Below, one piece after another: positions 25,623-36,300 of a DNA stretch of 64,000 bases. How positions within the stretch are numbered: the first letter of the stretch is position 1; each line of letters begins with the position of its first letter. The stretch lies in NCBI GenBank assembly GCA_950097015.1, contig CATNEN010000029.1, positions 4,464,001-4,528,000 of the forward strand, read 5' to 3'. The DNA comes from Macrostomum hystrix (Eukaryota; Animalia; Platyhelminthes). Below the pieces are notes generated by a model, which worked only from the letters and a program-made list of their open reading frames with translations, was not told where the DNA came from and ran no database searches. Both the position numbers and the translations under genes were made by a program.

Positions 25623-26129
25623 CACAATTGTGATACACCAAGACATTTGTGTGCTATAACAATGTACTTTTTGAAGTTTAGTTATTACTTTTAAGCTGCA
25701 TATAAACTATAACAATAAAATAAGCAAAGCTTCTAATTAATTTTGAACACAGCCATGCCGCAGGTGTACAATTGCACGTGTACTGTATTCGATCGAATGT
25801 ATATTAACCACCGCAAGAAAATATTACGTCATAATTCTATTGTGCCTGCTAAGTATGAATTCATTGCGGGAGAGATGTTGTGTTTTTTTATTTAAGACAT
25901 TTGTTCTTCATCATTGCGTGTCTGAGTTTGCAATGCTATATTACTTGTGTGCTAGTTCACTTGTGTGCTAGTTCTTACATTTAAGTAGAAAAAAATGATG
26001 TCGTATCTTTTACCTTGCGGTAAATTGCGTTCTACAATTTAGGGCCAGCTTTTCTCCGCCCCTAAACTCCACCCTTCTCTCCTCCTTTTAGTATCCTACT
26101 GTTCCTACTCCCAATCTCTCCTTATCTAT

Positions 26130-26570
26130 TCCCCCTATCACTATCTCCCCCTCTCTTACTATCTCTCCCTCTCACTATCTCTCCCTCTCACTATCTCTCC
26201 CCTCTCTCTATCTCTCCCCTCTCTCTATCTCTCCCCCCTCACTATCTCTCCCTCTGTCTCTTCCCTCTCTCTATCTCTCCCCTCTCTCCCTCTCTTTCCA
26301 CTCTCTATCTCCCCCTCTCTATCTCTTCCTTCTCACTATCTCTCCCCTCTCTCTATCTCTCCCCTCTCTCTATCTCTATCTCTCCCCTCTCTCTATCTCT
26401 ATCTCTCCCCTCTCTCTATCTCTCCCCTCTCTCTATCTCTATCTCTCCCCTCTATCTCTATCTCTCCCCTCTCTCTATCTCTCCCCTCTCTCCCTCTCTC
26501 TCCCCTCTCTCTCCCCTCTCTCCATCTCTCTCCTCTCTCTATCTCTCCTCTCTCTCAAGCTCTCTCTCTT
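26130..26570 (+). repeat. CT-rich low-complexity tract (ctatctctcccctctct-like)
   Basis: Almost pure polypyrimidine with irregular CTAT interruptions. Confidence 0.85.
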
Positions 26571-27343
26571 TATTCAACTCCCAATGTCTCATTTGTTCCG
26601 TATCTTCTCTGTTTCTATTTTAATCCCATTTTAATGAATCACCGGCCTGCAGCTCGATTAGTATCGTTTCGAAATAGCCAAAAAGTTTACGACTTCGATC
26701 TTTCAACTGCCAACAGTCCCGTCGTCGAAGCTATAAGATAAAAAATGATTCGCAAAAAGAAAATGACTTTACAAGGCGCGCACAATTGCACACAGCTGGG
26801 TGGGGGCAGTGCGACTAATCTTATCAGTGCCTCTCTCTCTCTCTCTCTAACAGAGCGTCAAGAAACACCGCGAAGGCCCTTATATTTTTTTTAATTGAAG
26901 CGAACCGACTGGCAGGTTGTGAGAACTACTCAATTGAGCAACAGCTGGGAGGTCCTTCGCCACCCGTGTGCGTGTGTTGGCTGTGAGGGCGGGGGTGGCT
27001 GGCTGCAGTTTACACCCATCCAATTAGCTGGCAGATCGCACCCTGACCAATCCGGTCGCACCCAACCGCTTCGAAGCCTTTTTAGCACTGCTGCCCAGGT
27101 CTAGAATATGCATTGCCACAGAGTCATACAGACCAGCGAGAGAACGATACTGCACAGTGAATAAATAAGTGGAATAAGTTATTGCAACCCTCAATTCACT
27201 TTATTGAGAATTTCTATACAATTTTACGCAAATTTTTCCTGCTTTGAATGGTCTCAACAGCTAGCTATCCAAACTCTATTTTCATTGCCGTCATAAATAC
27301 CTAGAAATTAGTGCATTAAATTAGCTACTGCAACAGATTAGCA

Positions 27344-30300
27344 ATGACCTGCTGCTTTGCGCCAGATCCTGACGCTGTTAAGGCGGCCAGACGGGACAAA
27401 GAGATCACGGATATTATCAAGGTGGACATCAAACAGAAACAGAAGGTTATAGAGCTGCTTCTGCTAGGTAAGTCCAGCCTCTGCCAAGCTGCCAAGTTCT
27501 CTGGTTCATTTTTGGGATAAAACAGTTCACAACCATAAACTATTGTTTGTGTCATGCAATGACTGGAAGATTTTTACTTACTTAAAGAAAAGAGTAGTAA
27601 TTTGTAAGCAGGTCAGCAGGAGAGACCCGCAGTTGTTAGCAATAAACCATAAACAATTATCCGATTGCATCCTATCATTTATCAAGAGATTTAGTAGTCT
27701 GACACTTTAGTTATCCGACAGTTTAGTTATCCGACACTTTAGTTATCCGACAGTTTAGTTATCCGACAGTTTAGTTATCCGATAGTTTAGTTATCCGACA
27801 GTTTAGTTATCCGACAGTTTAGTTATCCGACACTTTAGTTATCCATAAGTTTAGTTATCCGACAGTTTAGTTATCCAACAGTTTAGTTATCCGACATTTT
27901 AATTATCCGACAGTTTAGTTATCCAACAGTTTAGTTATCCGACAGTTTAGTTATCCAACAGTTTAGTTATCCGACAGTTTAGTTATCCGACAGTTTAGTT
28001 ATCCGACTGTTTAATTATCCGACAGTTTAGTTATCCGAAAGTTTAGTTATCCAACAGTTTATTTATCCGACAGTTTAGTTATCCGACAGTTTAGTTATCT
28101 AACAGTTTAGTTATCCGACACTTTAATTTGTCCATACAGTTTAGTTATCCATCAGTTTAGTTATCCAACAGTTTAGTTATCCGACAGTTTAGTTATCCAA
28201 CAGTTTAGTTATCCAACAGTTTAGTTATCCAACAGTTTAGTTATCCGACAGTTTAGTTATCCGACAGTTTAGTTATCCGACACTTTAGTTATCCGACAGT
28301 TTAGTTATCCGATAGTTTAGTTATCCGATAGTTTAGTTATCCGACAGTTTAGTTATCCGACAGTTTAGTTATCCGACACTTTAGTTATCCATAAGTTTAG
28401 TTATCCGACAGTTTAGTTATCCGACAGTTTAGTTATCCAACAGTTTAGTTATCCGACATTTTAATTATCCGACAGTTTAGTTATCCAACAGTTTAGTTAT
28501 CCGATAGTTTAGTTATCCATAAGTTTAGTTATCCGACAGTTTAGTTATCCGACACTTTAGTTATCCATAAGTTTAGTTATCCGACAGTTTAGTTATCCGA
28601 CAGTTTAGTTATCCAACAGTTTAGTTATCCGACATTTTAATTATCCGACAGTTTAGTTATCCGACAGTTTAGTTATCCGACACTTTAGTTATCCATAAGT
28701 TTAGTTATCCGACAGTTTAGTTATCCGACAGTTTAGTTATCCACCAGTTTAGTTATCAAACAGTTTAGTTGTAGAAAAAAACTGATTAGCATAAAAAGTC
28801 AAAAGTTAAAACAAAAAACAGTCACTGAAATCTAGAAACCTAACTCCCTCCCGACGGAACTTTTACTCACTCTAAACGGTCATTTAACCCAACTGGAAAC
28901 TAAATTAGGCTAGCATGGCGTGTAATGTGCGCACGACTGTCTCAAATTTAGCTATCTATATATCCACATTTTCTTCGTCTCTCTAGCAAGGCATTCTTGA
29001 TTATCTGACGCACGCGCACACGCACACTCGAAAAGTCAAGTTTGATATGCTAGCACTAGCTGTCGCTGCTCGATTGAGAGAAAGAGAATAAAGACAAAAT
29101 GCATTTAGCTAGCTAGCTTCGGCTAATACACTCGAAGCTAATAGAAGAAATTAGAAAATTAATGAGCAGGAGACCGCACATAGAAGATTGTTATACAAAC
29201 CTGAATTACTGCCTGAAGCTGAAATCTTAGACAAAAATGATGGCATAATAATTATAATCCTTTAAGCGCAAAAATGGATGAATCAACAGGTTTTGAGTTA
29301 CTTCTTTTATTCAGAATTTGAGTCGGTGCTTTTGAATATAGCTAGCCTTTTGGTTTTTACCCGCCTGGATCCCTTTAATCCTAGTGATAACGGAACCGGG
29401 ACATGCAATGCGATTTTTATTCGTGAGCCCCTTGATCCAAGCTCCTGCTTCGATTCCAGTCTCCTGCTCTGATTCTAGTCTCCTGCTCTGATTCTTGTCT
29501 CCTGCTTCGATTCATGTCTCCTGCTTCGATTCTTGTCTCCTGCTTCGATTCTTGTCTCCTGCTTCGATTCTTGTCTCCTGCTTCGATTCTTGTCTCCTGC
29601 TTCGATTCTTGTCTCCTGCTTCGATTCTTGTCTCCTGCTTCGATTCTTGTCTCCTGCTTCGATTCTTGTCTCCTGCTTCGATTCTTGTCTCCTGCTTCGA
29701 TTCTTGTCTCCTGCTTCGATTCTTGTCTCCTGCTTCGATTCTTGTCTCCTGCTTCGATTCTTGTCTCCTGCTTCGATTCTTGTCTCCTGCTTCGATTCTT
29801 GTCTCCTGCTTCGATTCTTGTCTCCTGCTTCGATTCTTGTCTCCTGCTTCGATTCTTGTCTCCTGCTTCGATTCTTGTCTCCTGCTTCGATTCTTGTCTC
29901 CTGCTTCGATTCTTGTCTCCTGCTTCGATTCTTGTCTCCTGCTTCGATTCTTGTCTCCTGCTTCGATTCTTGTCTCCTGCTTCGATTCTTGTCTCCTGCT
30001 TCGATTCTTGTCTCCTGCTTCGATTCATGTCTCCTGCTTTGATTCTAGTCTCCTGCTTTGATTCTTGTCTCCTGCTTCGATTCTTGTTTTCTGCTTCGGT
30101 TCTTGTCTCCTGCTTCGATTCATGTCTCCTGCTTCGATTCTTGTCTCCTGCTTCGATTCTTGTCTCCTGCTTCGATTCTTGTCTCCTGCTTCGATTCTTG
30201 TCTCCTGCTTCGATTCTTGTCTCCTGCTTCGATTCTTGTCTCCTGCTTCGATTCTTGTCTCCTGCTTTGATTCTTGTCTCCTGCTCTGATTCTTGTCTCC

Positions 30301-33300
30301 TGCTTCGATTCTTGTCTCCTGCTTCGATTCATGTCTCCTGCTTCGATTCTTGTCTCCTGCTTCGATTCTTGTCTCCTGCTTCGATTCTTGTCTCCTGCTT
30401 CGATTCTTGTCTCCTGCTTTGATTCTTGTCTCCTGCTCTGATTCTTGTCTCCTGCTTCGATTCTTGTCTCCTGCTTCGATTCATGTCTCCTGCTTCGATT
30501 CTTGTCTCCTGCTTCGATTCTGGTCTCCTGCTTTGATTCTTGTCTCCTGCTTCGATTCTTGTCTCCTGCTTCGATTCTAGTCTCCTGCTCTGATTCTTGT
30601 CTCCTGCTTCGATTCATGTCTCCTGCTTCGATTCTTGTCTCCTGCTTCGATTCATGTCTCCTGCTTTGATTCTAGTCTCCTGCTTTGATTCTTGTCTCCT
30701 GCTTCGATTCTTGTTTTCTGCTTCGGTTCTTGTCTCCTGCTTCGATTCATGTCTCCTGCTTCGATTCTTGTCTCCTGCTTCGATTCTTGTCTCCTGCTTC
30801 GATTCTTGTCTCCTGCTTCGATTCTTGTCTCCTGCTTCGATTCTTGTCTCCTGCTTCGATTCTTGTCTCCTGCTTCGATTCTTGTCTCCTGCTTTGATTC
30901 TTGTCTCCTGCTCTGATTCTTGTCTCCTGCTTCGATTCTTGTCTCCTGCTTCGATTCATGTCTCCTGCTTCGATTCTTGTCTCCTGCTTCGATTCTTGTC
31001 TCCTGCTTCGATTCTTGTCTCCTGCTTCGATTCTTGTCTCCTGCTTTGATTCTTGTCTCCTGCTCTGATTCTTGTCTCCTGCTTCGATTCTTGTCTCCTG
31101 CTTCGATTCATGTCTCCTGCTTCGATTCTTGTCTCCTGCTTCGATTCTGGTCTCCTGCTTTGATTCTTGTCTCCTGCTTCGATTCTTGTCTCCTGCTTCG
31201 ATTCTAGTCTCCTGCTCTGATTCTTGTCTCCTGCTTCGATTCATGTCTCCTGCTTCGATTCTTGTCTCCTGCTTCGATTCTTGTCTCCTGCTTCGATTCT
31301 AGTCTCCTGCTTGGATAGAGTGCCAGTGCACCCAGCCCTCCTGCAACTATTATCATTAGCCCAGTTAGAACAGATACGGTCAGTGTACGGCTGTTCAGTC
31401 CATGGACTCGGACTCGGCACTCCCACCCGAATTTCTACCCCAGCTGTTGCTGAAAACCATTTTTAAAGTGATTGTATCTTATTGCTCAAGGACAAAAGAA
31501 GATTGAGATTCGAACTCCCGACGTCTGGTTCAAAATTCCGAAGCTTTAAACACCATAGGCTGCGTTGTAGTTGGTTTCTTGCGTACAAAAATGTTATTCT
31601 AACTAATTCCAATTTAGTGGATTGTTCAACAGTGTTTTTTTGTAGTGCAGCATGCCACTAAAACTGTGTCAGTCTGTGCCATTGTGTTTACTTTTGCCCG
31701 GGTGGCCCACAACAGGCCCCGCCTCCTCCTCCCCATTGCGAGTTGCTGAAAAATAAACTTAAAAAATGCCGGCCGACGTGAGCGAGCCTGTCAGACAAGA
31801 CTGGAATGGGGAGTGCCAGGGAGTGATGACGAGCAGCCTCCAACTGAAATCCTCCCCCAACTACTTGATTGGCAGGTAATAAAAAGTAGTTTAGAGTGGG
31901 GGGCAGAAGCAGCGGCAGCTGTAGCACTGCTTGAAATTGTCTTCAATTTGAAACTTTTTTTACTTGAGTGCAACAATATACGAGCGTACCCTGACACCTC
32001 GTCAATCTCTCACTGTCTAAAAAAGTATTTTTAAAAAGCATTTACCTTTGCAGGCACAGGCGAGTCAGGCAAGTCGACAATTAGGAAACAGATGCAAATT
32101 ATTCATATTAACGGCTTCAGCAGCAAGTGAGTCTGGGGAATATGCCACATTTTCCGGTAGCTATCTATGGGCCAGTACGGGATCGATGGGATGATTCGGG
32201 ATCTATGGGCCAGTTCGGGATCGATGGGATGATTCGGGATCTATGGGCCAGTACGGGATCGATGGGATAATTCTGGATCTATGGGCCAGTTCGGGATCGA
32301 TGGGATGATTCGGGATCTATGGGCCAGTACGGGATCGATGGGATGACTCGGGATCTATGGGCCAGTTCGGGATCGATGGGATAATTCTGGATCTATGAGC
32401 CAGTTCGGGATCGATGGGATGATTCGGGATCTATGGGCCAGTTCGGGATCGATGGGAAATTCTGGATCTATGGGCCAGTTCGGGATCGATGGGATGATTC
32501 GTGATCTATGGGCCAGTACGGGATCGATGGGATGACTCGGGATCTATGGGCCAGTTCGGGATCGATGGGATGATTCGGGATCTATGAGCCAGTTCGGGAT
32601 CGATGGGATGATTTGGGATCTATGGGCCAGTTCAGGATCGATTGGATGATTCGGGATCTATGAGCCAGTTCGGGATCGATGGGATGATTCGGGATCTATG
32701 AGCCAGTTCGGGATCGATGGGATGATTCGGGATCTATGGGCCAGTTCGGGATCGATGGGATGATTCGGGATCTATGGGCCAGTACGGGATCGATGGGATA
32801 ATTCTGGATCTATGGGCCAGTTCGGGATCGATGGGATGATTCGGGATCTATGGGCCAGTACGGGATCGATGGGATAATTCTGGATCTATGGGCCAGTTCG
32901 GGATCGATGGGATGATTCGGGATCTATGAGCCAGTTCGGGATCGATGGGATGATTTGGGATCTATGGGCCAGTTCAGGATCGATTGGATGATTCGGGATC
33001 TATGAGCCAGTTCGGGATCGATGGGATGATTCGGGATCTATGAGCCAGTTCGGGATCGATGGGATGATTCGGGATCTATGGGCCAGTTCGGGATCGATGG
33101 GATGATTCTGGATCTATGGGCCAGTTCGGGATTGTAGAATAATTTGAGATATTTTCTGAGATGTAAATTTTAAGTCGATCTTCTCTAAATTCGAATTTCA
33201 CTAAAAGTTTTTTGGGGAGTCGGTGGCAGAGCGGTTATCGCGTTTGCCTCTCGCACCAAGGTTCCTAAGTTCGATTCCACGGCGAGGCCACATTCATTTG

Positions 33301-36300
33301 GGGCGCAGCCGCGGAGAGAAGGCTTGGGGGCTTGTCGTGCAATTTATGTCCTTAAGGGCCAACCTCCAAGGCACAGTGAAGTGTACACTGCCTGACGATG
33401 AGAAAGTCAGGGCAGATGTACACACCTGTGTGCGTGTGTGCTCAGGAGTCAGCGAAATGGGCAGAATTGCCTCCTCGCTGGCTGCGGGTCTAGTGTCACC
33501 AAATGGTGTGCCACTGCCCACAGCCCTCCTGCAATTATTATTATTATTATTATAAATGTTGTTTAGTACCGAGGTTTATCGTATTTTTGCTAGAAGGGGA
33601 TTATTTAGTCTTCAAAAAGCAAAAAAATCCCCAGACAACATAATTGTTTTCAGAGAGCGCACCGAGAAGCTGGCTTACATGAGACGAAATATCCGGGACT
33701 CCATTGCTGTGAGAGAGAACGAGCTAGTCTTGATAATTTGAGCCATTTCAAATCTTAGGGTAAACTGTGAGCCACTATGACAAAGTGTCCTCGTCAGCTA
33801 ATTAGCATAATCAAAATTTACAGTGCATTGTGGCCGCTATGGATAAGCTGGGCATTGGCTATGCCACAGATTCCGGAGCCAGCCTTGGCGCCTGGATACT
33901 GCGCCTAATGGCTGAGAATCATGTGCACAACTCAGTGCAAGCCGATCAGGATCCGTTCGACTACTCTCAGAAGTTCTTCGATGCTGTTGAAACACTCTGG
34001 CAGGACGCAGGGGTGCAGGAGAGCTTTAAACACTCCAGCCGCTATCAGCTGATCGACTGCGCCAAGTAGTGAGTGCTCAAGTTGGGGAAATCACTGGTCA
34101 GGCCAGGAGAAAAATTGTGTCACAAGAAGAGAAACTGTGTGTCAGAGGAAGAGAAATCGTGGATCAGGATAACGTGGGTCAGAGGAGGAGAAATTGTGTG
34201 TCAGAGGAGGAGAAATCGTGTGTCAGAGGAGGAGAAATCGTGTGTCAGAGGAAGAGAAATCGTGGGTCAGAGGAAAATAAATCGTGTGTCAGAGGAGGAG
34301 AAATCGTGTGTCAGAGGAGGAGAAATCGTGTGTCAGAGGAAGAGAAATCGTGGGTCAGGATAAGAGAAATCGTGGGTCAGGATAACGTGGGTCAGAGGAG
34401 GAGAAATCGTGTGTCAGAGGAGGAGAAATCGTGTGTCAGAGGAGGAGAAATTGTGTGTCAGAGGAGGAGAAATCGTGTGTCAGAGGAATAGAATCGTAGG
34501 TCAGGATAGGAGAAATCGTGGGTCAGGATAACGTGGGTCAGGATAACGTGGGTCAGAGGAGGAGAAATCGTGTGTCAGAGGAGGAGAAATCGTGTGTCAG
34601 AGGAGGAGAAATCGTGTGTCAGAGGAAGAGAAATCGTGGGTCAGGATAAGAGAAATCGTGGGTCAGGATAGGAGAAATCGTGGGTCAGGATAACGTGGGT
34701 CAGAGGAGGAGAAATTGTGTGTCAGAGGAGGAGAAATCGTGTGTCAGAGGAGGAGAAATTGTGTGTCAGAGGAGGAGAAATCGTGTGTCAGAGGAATAGA
34801 ATCGTAGGTCAGGATAGGAGAAATCGTGGGTCAGGATAACGTGGGTCAGAGAAGGAGAAATCGTGTGTCAGAGGAGGAGAAATCGTGTGTCAGAGGAGGA
34901 GAAATCGTGTGTCAGAGGAATAGAAATCGTAGGTCAGGATAGGAGAAATCGTGGGTCAGGATAACGTGGGTCAGAGGAGGAGAAATCGTGTGTCAGAGGA
35001 ATAGAAATCGTGGGTCAGGATAGGAGAAATCGTGGGTCAGGATAACGTGGGTCAGAGGAGGAAAAATCGTGTGTCAGAGGAGGAGAAATCTAGGGCCAGG
35101 AAGACAGGAACTACGGTAGTTTAAAAAATACCTTTCTAACAGTTCTAATTACATTTTAAAAAGGAAACAGTTTAAATGAAACATTATACATTATACTTCG
35201 TTTTAAAAAGTGTTGGCATTTTTTGCCTTGACTAACGACAGCATGTGATAGCTTTGCTTTGGTTTGCTTTGGGTTCAGAGTCTGTTTTTCTACAGGATCA
35301 GTAGTTTCGGGTGTGGCCAGACATTTTCACAGCACATTCCTCTCTCCCAAATCTATTCCCTAGTCATTCCGTCCTCTACTCGTAATTAGTTAAAACTGCG
35401 CAAAACGGGGCGTTTTGGCGTAGAGCCTTAGGCGGCGAAAAAGTTAGCGAACAATTAAGATGTGCAAATCCGTCTGCCCGCCCATTGCCGGGCTCGCCTT
35501 TCTGAGACGAAGTTTCTAGAAGTCAAAGTTCATAGATTACAAAAACATTTTTAATGACTCATTTAAACTCTAAGCTGCTCGCGAACATCAATATGACTCT
35601 CGACTGCTCATGACCATCGATATCAGCTTCGACTGCTCATGGCCATCATTATCACTTAGACTGCTCATGACAATTGATATTACTCTCGACTGCTCATAAC
35701 CATCGATATGACTCTCGACTGCTCATGACCATTTATATGACTCTCGACTGCTCATAACCATCGATATTACTCTCGACTGCTCATAACCATCGATATGACT
35801 CTCGACTGCTCATAACCATCGATATGACTCTCGACTGCTCATAACCATCGATATGACTCTCGACTGCTCATGAAGATCGATTTGGCCTTCAGTTGCTCAC
35901 GATTAACTAGCGTAAATTGGCCCAGCTGCTCATATTCCAATAATTGCTTCAAACAGCTTTCAACCCTGGGCTGATCGTAACCCGAAAAATAATTTTCCTC
36001 TCCTAAAAATCTCGCAGCTTCCTCGATCGAGTGCACCTGTTTCGGGACGCGAACTACACCCCAACGGATCAGGACATCCTCCGCTGCCGAATCATGACAA
36101 ACGACATCTCCGACATCCAGTTCGACATCAAGGATGGGCATCACAGCGTCAAGTTTAGGTAATCCCGAATTTACTCTCGTTTCCCAGATCCCGATCCTTC
36201 TAATTTTTTCCAATTCCCTGATATCTCAGTCCCTATGAGTTCACATTTCTCATTTTAAGCCAAATAAATCCCAATTCTTCAAACTCAGTCCCTCATGTCC

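Noticed and set aside
20872-25694. Three 1500-1600 aa ORFs plus antisense MKQTQSEDLG ORFs
   Set aside because: Translations of a stop-free 30-bp tandem unit; no splice context, no unique sequence and no frame preference.
31766-31875. Possible alternative first exon of the G-alpha (ATG...AG|GTAATA)
   Set aside because: It ends in phase 2 while exon 2 needs phase 1, and it encodes no G-alpha N-terminal features.
33385-33412. CTGACGA...GAAA in the SINE, resembling a hammerhead ribozyme core
   Set aside because: Only 3 nt separate the motifs (no stem II); the segment folds as a simple CCTGAC/GTCAGG hairpin instead.
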